This document shows positions 11,175 through 24,718 of a stretch of 64,000 nucleotides of DNA, piece after piece. The translations under genes and the position numbers were made by a program. Origin of the DNA: Lama guanicoe. Its lineage: Eukaryota. The notes under the pieces are model-generated. The model searched no databases, was not told the DNA's origin, and saw only the letters and a list, made by a program, of their open reading frames with translations. Positions within the stretch are counted from its first letter, which is position 1; each line of letters opens with the position of its first letter. The stretch lies in contig MU054220.1 in assembly GCA_013239625.1 (NCBI GenBank), positions 310,001 through 374,000 of the forward strand. The letters are read 5' to 3'.

Positions 11175-13451
11175 GATGAGTTTAATTGTATATGTTTTAG
11201 CTCCTTGCCAAAAGGTTATCAGAGAAATGTTTTCAGTCTCTACCTTACCCCAGTAAGTTAGCCTCTTCCAGTTTGTAACATACTTGTAGACGCTTTAAAA
11301 TACTAACCCACAATTTACTGTGCTTAGATACATGTTAGGCACATGAATCTCTCTTCAGTGCTCTATTCCTAAAGAATAATCTTGCTCTATAAATAAAAGA
11401 GCAATGCACATCACTTGTTTTATATAAAAACTAAAACCACAATTCAGTCGGTTGAGATTTTGGGGACTTAAAGATACTGGTAAATACGCAGCATTATTCA
11501 TCTAAGTAATTGCTTAAATCTTCACACTTGTATTCGTCAACATTCTTTGATTCTACAGCACAGAACCTGGCCAATAAAAGTTGAAAAATGAATGTTTGAA
11601 GGAGGGATTGAATGAGAGAATGGACAGCTGAACACTGCTGTGCCCTACCTCAGACTCCTGGAAAAATCCAGACACTTCAGAGGACCTGCAAACGTTGGGA
11701 GCAGATTTATTTAACCCACTGTACACTCGTGTGGCATTGCTCCAGTCGTAACACCGAAGGGAATGCGTCCACGCATTTAGTTCTCTTCCTAAGTGCATGA
11801 TAGTAGGGGGCGTTCTTAGTTTTCTCAACCTGTTTTGCACACATTTCTACTTTGCACACATTTCTACATTCTACTTAGTAATTTTGGCCCCAGAATAATT
11901 TGCTTTGAATTATTTCACCTCTTTCATCATTGCACTCCAAACAGCTAATCTTATGCCAATTTATAACTAAAAAAAAATCTGTTAACGTAAAGTGTAGAAA
12001 CTTGTTAAAAGCTATTTTCTGAATTTTCCAAAGTCCACACAATTGCACTCCAGTAGTGTGCCTTCCCTAATCGATTCCTGTGTTTTTAATCCTCTTTAAG
12101 GGGTTTGAAAGTTTTAAACCTTTGAACTGATGTTATCAAGGACAGTAAACGTCTGTCAATATAATCACTAATGCCTGTCCTCTCAATTTCATTCTTAAAT
12201 CAGCAACTGACCTGAAGAGATTATTTGGTGCATCTGCTGGCATTTCTTCTGACAGTTACACCACTCGGTAGTTTTAGTTGTAATTGTACACGTGTGCGTG
12301 TCGACGTTAGCTGTGTCATTTTGTCATAGGAAATGCTCCTGGTGCATGCAAGTTTTCATACTTTTTATGAGTGTGGCATCGCTGAACACTGTGGGAGTTC
12401 CCAGGGTGCTTTTCTTTGCCATGCGTGTATTCAACACACCTTCATCAGATGTATGAACTCTTGTGGGTCTAAACAGCTGTGAAGACAGACACCTTTCATT
12501 AGGATTGTGCAGGAATTTGATATACTCTGAGTAGCAATGACAGAGTAATAAGCAATGTCTTAGGATGACCTGTTGATATTTCAAAAAAAAGAGTCACATA
12601 TTTCTGAAGTTTTGGCTTTCAGATATTTGTCCTCCAGTCAGATATTTGAGAGCAGTATTGTACAAATCTATTATATTTTAAAAAAATCTATTTTGCTGCT
12701 CCTATGTGATTTTGGCATCATAACGCATTGTTACATCTGCAGGCTCTATAGGTTTTCTTTACAACTTGGCTCACAAAGCCTGTGATCCTGCAGCGTTGTT
12801 TGCAACAGTATCCCGAAGTGGGGAAAGCGACTTCAAGAGCCTGTGAGTAACAATACCCCTATCAGCACTGATCTCTGGTTACGTCCCAACCATCTTCCCT
12901 TGAAGATTCATACAATTGTGATAACCAGTTCTTATAACTAAAATGTTATCGTTAAAATAAAGTCAGCTAGATATTTACAAACGGCCTCATCAGGAAGAAT
13001 GAGCTGGCCCCTCGTCTTGACAGGTTTCAGTTTACTGTTTTTCAAATGTAGCCCAAGTTTAACAGTATTGTGCAAATATCATCATAACTTGGCGACGTAA
13101 ACTACATTTATTTTGTCTTAACATCATTTGCCATCATCGCCTGCGTGTCCTTCTCTCTGATCGGTGTTAGCCACACGCATGAGAGTATCTGTACCCAGCA
13201 AGTGACTCTGGTGGGGCCACAAAGACCCCCTGCCAATATTTAACTGAGATTATTTCCACACATCCAGGCTGGCCCTGGAGGTGAAGTTGTCAAGGGAGCT
13301 TGGTTGGTGAATGAGGATAAAATGTATTCTTTAAATTGGCTCAGGAATAACATCACATTGATGCTTCCATTAATTGACAATACTTTAAATTTCTTTGTAA
13401 GTTACACATAGTAAATTTTAAACTTACATGCCAATTAAAATGCACTTTTTT

Positions 13452-13895
13452 TTGCAGCAACATGGATGGACCTGGAGACGGTCATTCTAAGTGAAGTAAG
13501 CCAGGAAGAGAAAGAAAAATACCATATGAGATCACTTATATGTGGAACCTAAAAAATAACAGACAAGCAAACTTATTCACAAAACAAAAACAGACTCACA
13601 GACATAGAAAACAAACTTATGGTTACCAGGAGGGAAAGGGGTGGGAAGGGATAAATTGGGAGTTTGAGATTTACAGCTATAACTAATATATATGAAATAG
13701 ATAAACAACAAGTTTATACTGTATGGCACAGGGAACTATGTATCTTATATCTTCAATATCTTATAGTAACTTAGGGTTAAAAAGAACATGAAAATGAATA
13801 TATGTATGTTCCTATATGACTGAAGTATTGTGCTGTTTGCCAGAAACTGACACAACATTGTGAACTGACTATACTTCAATGAAAAAATTTAAAAA
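13452..13895 (+). mobile_element. Young camelid-type L1 3' end
   Basis: gcagcaacatggatggacctggag through gactatacttcaat and A tail; same family as the copies at 5418 and 35275. Confidence 0.88.
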
Positions 13896-13899
13896 GATG

Positions 13900-14790
13900 T
13901 ATCATCAAAACTACAATCAAGATACAGAACAGTTCAATCAGCCATCAAAATTCTCACTTTTTGTCTCCATGGTTGACAAGTCCCACCAACTTTACCAGCA
14001 GATGGCCTGCCCTCTGTCCATGTAGTTTTGCCATTTCCAGAATGTTTTATAAATGGAATCATCTGGTAAAGGCTTCTAAGCCTGGATTTTCACTTGGGCA
14101 CAAAGCATTCAGCATGTGCTGTGTTCACTTGGCACAGCACATGGCGGTAGAGTCTGTTTATTTACACTGCTTAGTGATATCCCACTGCACCAGGTACCCC
14201 AGCTCATTTGCCCATTCCTCGGATGAAGGACATTTGAGCTGTTTCCAGAATTTCACTGTCATAAGCATAGATGCCCTGAATATTTGGTAATCAATTTTTG
14301 TGTAAATACAAGTTTTTCTGTCTCTATAAAGTGGACTTCTGGGTAAATGTGTATGTTAAGAGTATAATTAACTTCATAATGAACTTCCAACTCATTTTCC
14401 AGAGGGGCTGCCCCTCCCAGACAGTTTGCATTCTTACCAGGAAGGCATGAGTGTTCCACCTGCTCTGTGTGTGTGTGTGGGGGGGGGTTGCCAATTCTGA
14501 AGTATCTAGTGACTTTTCATTTTCTTTCAATTTTCCTTTTCCTAGTCAAACGTGACGTGACCATCTCTTCATGGCCTTATTTGTCATCTCTATATCTTCT
14601 TCGATGAAGTATTCAAATTGCTTGTCAACCTCTTACTTGGGTTGTTGGTTTCATTATTATTGAGTTTATATGTGTATAATATATATGTGTGTGTGGGTGG
14701 GTGTAAAAGACACAGTGCTCCATTAGATATGACATGTGCAAATATTCTATCCCAGGCTACGCCTTGTCTTTTGATACCTTCATGTCTTTA
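13900..14790 (-). mobile_element. Old L1M fragment
   Basis: ccatttccagaatgttttataaatggaatcat, gaaggacatttgagctgtttccag and other antisense L1 phrases. Confidence 0.7.
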
Positions 14791-14849
14791 ACAGAGAATG
14801 GAGAGAAACTCCCAGACAACAGACTCAAAGAAATAAATTATCCCCAAAA

Positions 14850-15800
14850 AACCTGAGTGCACATGACAGCAGGTTTGTCCCCATCAGACATTCAGATGAG
14901 ACCGCAGCCCCTCTGATGCTTTGATTGGTGTCTTGCAAAGCAGCCAGAATCCTAATCCATTGAAAATATAAAGAAACAAAGATGTGTTATCTTAGATCAC
15001 CGAGCTTGCTGCAGGCGATTACACAGGAATGTGTCCAGAACACAAATACTGTTACTTGTTAGGGAAACGCTGCTGGGATAAAAACCTAAAAAGGCAGGGG
15101 TGTCTTTGTACGTGGGGTTTGGGGGAAGGCAAGAATTTTGAGGAGCTGGATAGGGAAAGTCTAAATCACCTGGAATGGACAGTGAGGGCTCGAAAGAATG
15201 AGAGGAATTTGTTCCTGGAAACTGGAGGGAGGGACAGTCTTGTTACACAGACGCAGCTTCATAAAATTCTCTCTTGCAGTTTTATGGAAAGCAGAGCTTG
15301 TGATAAAGTTGGCTATAGCGATAAGATTTCCCGGCAAAATGTTGAAAGGGTGCCTAGAATCTTCTTACTGCTTTGGGTAAAATGTAACAGGAGAAAAATT
15401 AAGGAAAGAACCGATAAACAAGGTTCCAGTGTTTGAAAAATTTGAAAATTTTCTGAAACCATCAGAAGGTAAAAGCAAACAAAAAATCCTAAATTTTTAA
15501 AATGGCTTCTGAGCACAGGGCATGGGACTGAAGACTTGTACAATTTGTTGTTAAAACCTGAGCCATTTCAAGGGATCACAGAAGTGTTCTCTCACACAAT
15601 TAGCACTTTCAGGACATTAAGGATGTGGCTCGCAGACCATGTGAGTCAGTCCACGGAGCCCCTAGGAAACGTCCATGAGCTGCCCTTCCGTATCTCATCA
15701 GGAACCTCAGTAGAGCAGTTCTTACTTCAAAAGAAACCAGCGAGTGTAGCTTTGTCAAAGGGAGTGAAACACTATGACATCCATGGGTGGTCACAAAGTA
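14850..15800 (+). mobile_element. MaLR MLT1 LTR end plus internal sequence
   Basis: cagatgagaccgcagccc LTR phrase followed by MLT-int-like aaacctaaaa and aagaattttgaggag. Confidence 0.55.
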
Positions 15801-15997
15801 TTGGAGAAAGTCGTTTCAACTAAAGCGTTGTCAGCTTAGGCTGCAGAGGGCAGGGAGATTACAAAACGGAAGAGACCATCACCCCAATATTCTCCTGGGA
15901 GAAAGTACGACTGATCAGCCGCCAGCGTGTCCTCCCTTTTATATACAAGGAAGTGTAATAAAGTCTGTCTCTATATTGAGATTCAACTGCGGACAGC

Positions 15998-16810
15998 CTT
16001 TTTTTGGCTTTATAACAGGATATAAGCTTTACGTATACAATATTATATTTTGACATCTGAATACTGTGCAGTGTGCTCACCACAAAACTTAAGCTTGCTC
16101 TGTCACCAGAGTTCACCTGTTTGACCCACCATCCCCTCCTGATACCTCATCTTCTCTGGTAACGACTACTCTGTTCTCGCAGCCATGTGTTTGCTCCGGT
16201 TTGTTCATTTTGATTGATTGATTGATTTAATGTTGTGGGTCACAATGCAGCGGGCTGGTAACGTGGGTTGGTAAAGAATTAGCAGAAACTGAGAGGAGCT
16301 TAGGAAAGTTTAACAGTTAACGCTGATGTGGGTGACACTGGGCCACACAGGGGAGAGGTGCCTGTGTGAGTGCCGCGGGTGGGCGTGCAGGGTCTTTCAC
16401 TAGGGGGAGGGCACTGTGCACACAAGGAGTAGGGGCTGCATGATCAGTTTGTGCACAGACACTTGACTGGTTGTAAGATCTGTCAGGGACTTCTCTGAAC
16501 AACAGGTTTTAGCAGTTTGACAAGGGCAGGATGTGAGACCTGTCCGCGGGAAGGGCTGTCTCCTGGGGCGATGGGTTTTGTTAAGGTAAACACACATCAA
16601 GAAGTTTTATATCCTGCAGAGATGCAGGTATGCAAAGAGCCCTGCAGTGGGGAGTGGGGTTAAGGTGTCGCTAGGCTCCAGGCACCCAGAGAGCCCAGGG
16701 GTGGGGGTTTATGACTCTAGAGGGTGGCAGCTGGCTCTGCAATTAATATTCCACATGTGAGTGAAATCATAAGTATTTGTCTTTCTCCATAACATCCTCA
16801 AGGTCCATCC
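15998..16810 (-). mobile_element. L1 3' fragment split by an LTR
   Basis: L1 phrases at 15998-16230 resume at 16747 (tattccacatgtgagtgaaatcat). Confidence 0.7.
16231..16741. mobile_element. Solo ERV LTR nested in L1
   Basis: TG...CA ends, flanks tttaa/attaa, GC-rich, and it interrupts a colinear L1. Confidence 0.7.
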
Positions 16811-17117
16811 TCCCTGCTCCCATTCCCCCCACATCTGAACAAGCCGCTCAGAAAGCCTGGCGCTTCCTACTCCAGTGTCAGTGGGAAGTTCAAACCACAT
16901 GACCCCAGACCCACACGCAGGCACCCTCAACCCACCCTGGTACCCTAACCGCCATAAAAACACCGAGCCACTCTCCTTTCCTTGCTCTCTGGAAGAGTTT
17001 GTGGACCAGCTTTGGAGCTGCCCTACTGTCTCCAGAAAACCTTGTTATATGAGTAATATGGATTTTCACCGTTTCTTTGTGTGTGTGTGTGTGTGTGTCG
17101 GGGGGGGGGCGGTGGAT

Positions 17118-17545
17118 TGTAACCGAGCAGGACCCTGTGGGGCCTTCTCAGGACAGCCTGCTCCCCCACAGCCTCTGCTGTAGCTCAGCTCTGAAGTACC
17201 CAAGTAACAGTATCTCATGTGTATTCCCTGAGTTTTTCAGATGCTAAAAAACCACCACCAAAGGGAAGAAATTAACTACTTTATGATCGAGAGCACATGG
17301 CCCCAGACCGTCTGGTGCCCAGGGGTTGATAGTGTGGATCACCCTCTTACCCCAACATCAACCCATCAGAGGATTGCGCACAAGCTGATCCTGTACCCTG
17401 CGATCGCTCCGCCTTATCTGGCCTTTACATGTGCTTTGTTGAAACTCTTTGGGTATTTGTGAGTTTTTTTGAACATGAGACACCGGCCCTATTTGCTTGG
17501 CTCTACAATAAACCTTTCTCTCTGCCAAACTCTGACATTTCGCAG
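17118..17545 (+). mobile_element. ERV1-type LTR, 3' end truncated
   Basis: Starts tgtaaccgagcaggaccc; AATAAA at about 17507 followed by cctttctct. Confidence 0.65.
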
Positions 17546-17549
17546 CAAA

Positions 17550-17850
17550 AAGTCAGCGGAAGGATGGATTTCTCTCCCTTTACTTGAGCTGGGACATTCG
17601 TCTTTCCTTCCCTCAGTGACTGATGCTCCTTGGACTCTCTGCTTGGCCGCCATAATCTCACAATCTGATTCCTGTAATAAATCTCTCTCCAGACAGATAG
17701 ATACCCATCTTTGTATTCATCTATCTGTTTATTCTGTTTCTCTAGAGAACTGTCGTGTACTTTCCAAATGTCCCATCTCCACACACCATCACACTGTGGA
17801 TTAGGGTTTCAACGTAAGAATTTTGGAAAGACAATTCATTCCATCGCACC
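17550..17850. mobile_element. MLT2 3' fragment followed by an antisense MLT1 fragment
   Basis: ttctgtttctctagagaac (MLT2 end); catcacactgtggattagggtttcaac (MLT1A/B-like). Confidence 0.6.
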
Positions 17851-18349
17851 CACATGGTTAAAACAGTTAAAATGGCCCAAAGTAAAATAAAACAGAGATT
17901 GCAAGTGTTTAAACCCATCATGTAACACCTGTTTAGAGAAGGTGTGATGATCCCCACTGCTTCTCCATTTTGTAGCCCAAGTTGGTCAGCTCTTAAGTTT
18001 GAAAATAATGAATGACACTATACTGCCACGATCTTAAGGCCATGGTCCCACCCCGCAGGGTCTCCATGGACAGACAGCGTTACTGACATTACCCACCATT
18101 CAGTGAGCAACTGTTAAAGATGTCGCAGCTGTAGATTTAGATAATATGTTCTCTTCAGTGCCTATTCCAACAGCATCTCAGAGGCAGTTTGCCTTCCCCT
18201 CTGAAGAACTATAACGCATCTTTACTTGGCTGCTCGTGGGGAAAATCTCAGTAGCCCGGCCAGTGAAGGGCTTTATATACACTTTAAAGGTCCTAGTGGG
18301 TGGGTACTGAGACCTACCCGTCTTGTGGCTGCGCAAGACAAGCCTCATA

Positions 18350-18966
18350 TGTAAGTTATTACGTATTATTAAACCTGTCACCCCCCACCCTGGAGCGATC
18401 TGCTTCTTTCCTCAGCCTGTCCTTGCCCTCCATGTACGAGGGCCGCTTTCAGAGTCTGCTGGGGAAATTCTCAAGTCTGCAAGCCAACCGGGTCTGATCA
18501 GGCCCCCCAAGATGGCTATTGTCTCGCTCTCTGTACGTGCCCTGCTCACCAGCCCCTGTTTCTCCTACACCTACTCACATGACTGACCTTCCCTCTTAAT
18601 CCTAGAGCCTAATCAGTGAACACCTACATACTAGCCCCCGCCAGCCCTAACTAGTGATTGTTCTAATCTTTAGCTAGTTTATCAAAGGGCAGTGAGGGGC
18701 GCGCCCCTTGCTGGTTTCTCTGGTAACCAGGGAGCCAACCTGACCTCAGTTCCATCTCTAACTGGTGACCTCCTCTCCCCTGGTAGGGAAGATGCTGCCA
18801 TGTCCTGCCTGCCTTCTGCCGTCCATAAAGGGTGTCGTTCCAGGACACCTTTGCCTGGGATGTGTAAGATCCCCTGTTCAATAAACCACTGATGCCTCTG
18901 TCAGCGTCAGTGGCTCTTTCTTCGGTCTTCAGGCTGGGCATTTACAAGCCTTGCAGGCTTGTAACA
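18350..18966 (+). mobile_element. ERV LTR, 5' edge uncertain
   Basis: TATA-like cataaa, AATAAA at 18880 and an ...aaca end. Confidence 0.55.
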
Positions 18967-19190
18967 AGAACAAACACAGACAAAGAAGATCATCAAAGGG
19001 ACTGGGCTGTAACCCCGACCACAGTCAGACTGCACCGGCTCAGTCACATTCCTGAGGACTCTTTGGCAAACCGAAAATTTGTCCCATCCTTACAACTATA
19101 AAGAATCAATTATCGACCTTCTTCACACCCATAATATTAAAACAAAAATGATGTCTTACAGATATTTTGAGATCTGGAAGCAATGCATTT

Positions 19191-19325
19191 TGGGGGGGGA
19201 AGGGTAATTAGGTTTGTTTGTTTGTTTGTTATTTTTATTATTTTAAGTAGAGGTATGGGACCGAACCTGGGACAACTTCATGCATGCTAAGCATGCATTC
19301 GACCCCAAGCTCTACCCTTCCACCT
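19191..19325 (-). mobile_element. Vic-1-type tRNA-derived SINE (camelid)
   Basis: The reverse strand has a tRNA-like head and an aaacctaattaccctcccc tail. TSD tggaagcaa(t/c)g(c/t)att at 19175-19189 and 19326-19340. Confidence 0.85.
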
Positions 19326-19988
19326 TGGAAGCAACGTATTCTTGATTTACAACTTTTACCTAAGCTAATCTATGCTGGTTCTCACAAAGGTTCTTACATT
19401 TAATTGGGTCTCCTAAAAGCAGCTTCTCAAATCTGTCCGAATTACAATACAATTGGCACTCCTGTTAGTGCCTCCCAGAGGAGGCCTCTTTTATTTTAGA
19501 AGCTTTAGCAACCTTCCCTCCTGTGTGCTAGAGTCTTTGGATCACCCATGATGGTTGTAAGTTGCCCCAGGGCTTCTGGTGCAAGAAATTGCCCTCCTCA
19601 GCTGCGTGCTACACAAGATTGGGGTGACAATCGCTGGATGCATAAAAGAATCTCCTGGAAACAGAGGCTCTCACTAACTTGATGATTACACAGTTGTCTC
19701 TGGTGCCATCTAGTGTCTGGAGGATGTAAGAACTCTAGGCAAACAGAACGCATTCGTACATTCTCAAGCAATCCCAATGCCGAAGAGCATTTCCTTAAGG
19801 CTGCTTCACGGTGAGCGTTGTAGGTTTTTTGGGGGAAGCAGCATATATTTTCCTGATGGCCCTGTGTGTCACACAGGTTAACTTTGGGGGCTGACAATTT
19901 CTACTCTGTATGATGTTTGTAATTGATCTTTTCTCTCCTAGAAGTTCTCAGTTGGAGCCAAAAACTAATGTGAAATATCACATCAATC

Positions 19989-20425
19989 TGTCAACTAAAA
20001 CAAAATCACACACGTGCGAACTGTGGGTTAAGTTTTATTTGGGGCAAAATGAGGATCTAGCCCGGGAGACAGCATCTCAGCTCTGAGGAACTGCTCTGAA
20101 GAGGCAGAGGGGACTCAGTACTACATATGATTTCAGTGAAGGGGGGGCACGTGCAGTCAGACACACACTTAGGCCGAAGCTTGCTGCTTGTTATGGGGAG
20201 CAGGTGTCACTGTTAACGATTTTAGTGCTTTTCTAGATAGGAGGCAAGAATTTGGGCTCATAAAATCTTTTCCTGAAAATATCTAATTATCTGAAGGCCT
20301 GTTCAGCCAGTTTTCCCAGAGCGCAGAGCGCCTCATTCCTGACCTCCATCCTGAACTCCTTTCAGGGTGTGTTGGAGGTCAGCGGCTGCAGGGCCTCGTG
20401 ATTAGATCCAAGCAGAGTCAGATGC
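19989..20425 (-). mobile_element. Cetartiodactyl ERV1-type LTR
   Basis: tgtcaactaaaa start, ttttattt (antisense poly(A) signal), agcccgggagacagcatctcag. Confidence 0.7.
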
Positions 20426-20837
20426 TCTCAGGCATATTTAAAGTCCTCCCATCTTTTCAGAAGATGCTTATCTAAAGACCTTCCATTTTCTTAGACAGCA
20501 CTTGCTGATACCAAACTCTGCAGAATCTTCCACTGGGCTTACCCCTCAATATCACTAAAAATATCAGTTTTCAGTACTACTAATAACAGGTAACATCTCT
20601 GAGCTTCCATGTGGTTTTTAAAATAATTTAAATAATAATAGTTACATTTTAAAATATCTGAACTATTTACAAAGAACCTCCACAACAAAGGGGGTCTTGT
20701 GTAGAATTCCACATATCATTAAAAACAACCACAATATTAATGACCGTGAAAATTGCGTATTCAAACTAGTACTAACAGAGTTGCTATTATAATCATCAAA
20801 GTATTTTAAAAAGTAAATTACAATAGCAATAACCTGC

Positions 20838-21000
20838 TAATTGTTCCCTAGGAGTCCCTTGGAAATGAGTATGTTTAGAATCCTTCAATTATTAGGTCCC
20901 TAATGACATAAGAATGTATGTAAAAGCCCTTGGTTCTATTGGTGAAATTATTCATCTGGGTAATCTGGGTAATTGGAAGACAGCGCCTTCCTTGGTAAGT
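20838..21000 (+). promoter_or_regulatory. Candidate OR5I1 promoter and first-exon donor
   Basis: TAATTG (20838) abuts TTCCCTAGGAG, followed by GTCCCTTGGAA. More TAATGA/TAATTG sites follow, then donor G|GTAAGT at 20995. The coding-exon acceptor ends at 23735. Confidence 0.55.
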
Positions 21001-21729
21001 AGCTTCCGTGGTTACCAGACTGGCTTTAAGGTGCAAAGATAGGCTTTTGTGGATCTGGGAGAAAGAACCACTGATTTATGTCTAAATAATTAAGAAATCA
21101 CATTTATCAGTTTCATATGCACAAAGAAATCTGTCTTGTGTCACTCTTTCTTACATGGCTTATACAGGGATCAGAAACACTTTTTGTTTAAATAAGCTAT
21201 TTTGCTACAGATGAGAAAACTGAAGCATGGCTGACTACCTGATACTTGGAATTAATTTATTTTCTATTTTAACATTGTTTTGGTCTATATTTGGGAAGAA
21301 TTTAGTGAATCCAAGCATTTTGATGGGATCTTTTTGTTCGGTCTCTTCTAAAGCAAGAATGCAAGATTTGCTATCTTCTGTTTTTACCTTCAGGCTTCTC
21401 TTCCCACTCACATTTCTCTACATAGAATTCTCAGGCTCTCAGTGGATGCTCCGTGTACGTCCCCAAGAGTCATGCTCTATGTTTTCAGTAAATATGTGAG
21501 TCATTCCTTTCTTCCTTCAGCGACTCAGTCTCACAGTCGCCACATTATTAAGGCTCCAACCACTCTCCTATTACTGTCATGAGCTTTGACCTGAGACACA
21601 CTTGAATCTGAATTACACCTGTCCACTACCAGCTGAATGACTTGGAGTGTCACTCTAAGCTTCCATGTTCTTATGCAAGATATGGAATTAACAGGAATCT
21701 AGCTTATGGTAGAGCAAATGCATCAGAAA

Positions 21730-21950
21730 GCTTTGGAGTCAGGAGCTTGGGTCCAATCCTGTTTTCAAAACATCTTGGCTCTCAAATTCTCTGTGCCTTA
21801 GTTCCTTCATCAGTAAACAAAAAATGATAGTGACACTACCTACATCATAATTTTGTTAGTTTGTGACCATTAAATGAATTATATGTAAAGTGTTTAGAAT
21901 ATTGCATTCCACATCATAATTATTATATAAATGGGAGCTGTTATTAATAA
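21730..21950 (+). mobile_element. MIR
   Basis: ctctgtgccttagttccttcatcagtaaa and atgtaaagtgtttagaa MIR core. Confidence 0.75.
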
Positions 21951-23773
21951 ATCCTTGCCATGTGGTGCGAGGCATAAGCTAAGAATAAAAGAGGAGTGGA
22001 GCAACTGAAACTGAACTTTGCTGTTTGTCAATTATGTGTCAGTCTGTCTAAAGTGTGACAGCTTGGAAGGATGGATAGATAGACAGACAGACAGCTAGAT
22101 AGACAACTTCTCTAATTTGACCCATAGAGCAATTATGTGAGATATTTATTTTCATTATTATAGTACAGATTAAAATACATACATATATTATATGTGTTAT
22201 ATATATTATAATACAGATATGGTATATATGGTCCTGTATAGTATAATACTATGTATTATGGTACAGGATACATATTTTATGTTACATGCAAAATGTATAT
22301 TATATATGTTTTATATATATATATATAAAATTGTGCAAGGTCATGCAGCCCCTAGGTAGCCAACATGAGATTCTATCCAAATTCTTATTAACTCTAAAGT
22401 CAGGTCTTATTTTTTTCTAAATACCTTGATTGCTTTGAAACCAGGTAAAATAGGAATAAATTAACTACTCTCCCAGCGTAGGGCTGCATCTCACTCGCGC
22501 TCTCTGGGGCACTAACGTAAGACAGCACACTAGCCCTTCTGAATCTCTTAGGCTTCTCTGTGCCCCTGTCAGAGGGTGGTTCTAATGACTGGATAATATA
22601 CCAACTGTGAGGTTCTTACCACTATCACTGTCGTAATAATATTTACATAAAGGAGAGGAGGACCCCACACCACTTTGCTCTGGCCCACCGGGGCAACACC
22701 AGCATGGCTCACTGGATGTTTTGCTTGTTCGATTTCTCTATTTTCAAGCCCATCCTTTGAGGTTAAGATAAAATTTCTTGTACTGCAAGCCAGATTCAAA
22801 TTCCTCCTACTCTCAGAAAAATCCTGACACTGCAGCAGCAGGAATGGACAGAATTCTTAGACCCAACACCTTGAATCATACTAACGTGCAAATAACTGGC
22901 AGCTGAATATTTGTGTTTGCTCACGTATCTAATCAGTGAGGAGGCTACGCTGAGTGTTTTTTTTTTCAATTAGACGTTAACTTGTGACTAAGTTTGTACC
23001 CACCTTACTCAATCAACTAATATTCACTGAGTGTGTGCTAGAAGCCAAGAATTATAACAACTGCCAAGGAGAAAAACAGTTAATGACTTTAATTACCTTG
23101 ACTTAGTATCTTGACAGGATTTATGGAATGACCCTAAACTCTACACGCAGCTGATGCTTACTGACATTTATTTTTATTTTATTCATTTCCCTTTTATTTA
23201 GCATTTATTAAAAAAATGAGCTGGAGTATATTTCATTACACCATTCCAACCACTCTGTCAAGAGTACAACACACACTACCATCTATTAAATCTTAGACAG
23301 AAGGAGCAAATTGCTCTATAGTTATCATTCCAAGGTGTATTGTATAAGTCAATTTATTTTAATTTTATAAATACATATACTCTTTTATTTTATTTTATAT
23401 ATATCTATATACTCTTCACACCATAAGTTCACTCATTAATTTATTATTTCCTTTAATCTTTTGGGCCAGCTATTGTGCCATATTTGGGGTACAAAAAGGT
23501 AAGAAAAAAATCAGATGTGACCTTTACATCTCTGTCCAATAGAAGATATAGTCATTAATCAAACAAATAAAATGAGATACAGCTACTAAATTCTGAAATA
23601 TAGTTCCCAAAGTCTATATTTGGAAGGAAATCTGGGCTGGGGGATTCTTTATTTGATTGCCTATTTGTTTACTGAAATAATAAAACAACCTTATAACTAC
23701 AATTGTTTTTTCTTTCCATCAATATAACATTTTAGGATGTTAGACTCCTCATAAAAAGGAAACAACAGAGAAT

Positions 23774-24718
23774 ATGGAATTTATAGATGGAAACTATACC
23801 TTGGTGACTGAGTTTATTCTCTTAGGCTTTCCAACTCGCCCTGAACTACAGATCGTGCTGTTTCTCCTGTTTCTGACTTTGTACTGCATGATTTTAATGG
23901 GGAACATTGGATTGATGACGTTAATCAGGATCGATCCGCACCTTCAAACCCCCATGTATTTTTTCCTTAGTAACCTCTCCTTTGCAGACCTTTGTTATTC
24001 CTCAGTCATTGTTCCCAAAATGCTGGTCAATTTCCTCTCCAAGAACAAATCCATTTCCTATCATGGCTGCGCACTGCAGTTTGATTTTTTCTGTGCTTTT
24101 GCGGATACAGAATCCTTTATCTTGGCTGCCATGGCGTTTGATCGTTACGTCGCCATCTGTAACCCTTTACTGTACACGGTTGTGATGTCTCGGGGCATCT
24201 GTATATGGCTGATTGTCTTGTCATACTTCGGAGGCAACGTGAGTTCCCTGGTTCACACATCCTTTGCGTTTATTCTGAAATACTGTGATAAAAATGTCAT
24301 TAATCATTTTTTCTGTGACCTCCCTTCCCTGCTGAAGTTATCCTGCACAGACACATCAGTTAATGAGTTGCTTCTCTCCACATATGGCAGCTCAGTGGAA
24401 ATTATCTGTTTCATCATCATTGTCATCTCCTACTTTTTCATTCTTCTCTCCGTCTTAAAGATCCGTTCTTCCAGTGGGAGGAAGAAAACCTTCTCCACCT
24501 GTGCCTCTCACCTGACTTCGATGACCATCTACCAGGGGACTCTCCTCTTCATTTACTCACGACCCAGCTACCTGTATTCTCCCAACACTGATAAAATTAT
24601 CTCAGTGTTCTACACTATCATCATCCCAGTGCTGAATCCCTTGATTTAAAGTTTGAGAAATAAAGATGTAAAAGACGCTGCTAAAAAAGTCATCAGATCA
24701 AAGATAGATTCTTCGTGA
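23774..24718 (+). pseudogene. OR5I1: OR5I1 orthologue with premature TAA at codon 292; 314 aa if repaired
   Basis: [26 protein letters not shown] matches recalled OR5I1. TAA at 24647-24649 replaces the Tyr of NPLIY. The frame continues [22 protein letters not shown] to TGA at 24716-24718. Confidence 0.9.

Noticed and set aside
11834..11875. 17-bp tandem duplication tttgcacacatttctac
   Set aside because: Ordinary slippage duplication with no sign of function.
15029..15436. 135-aa ORF
   Set aside because: Lies in decayed MaLR internal sequence; no gag/pol/env motifs seen.
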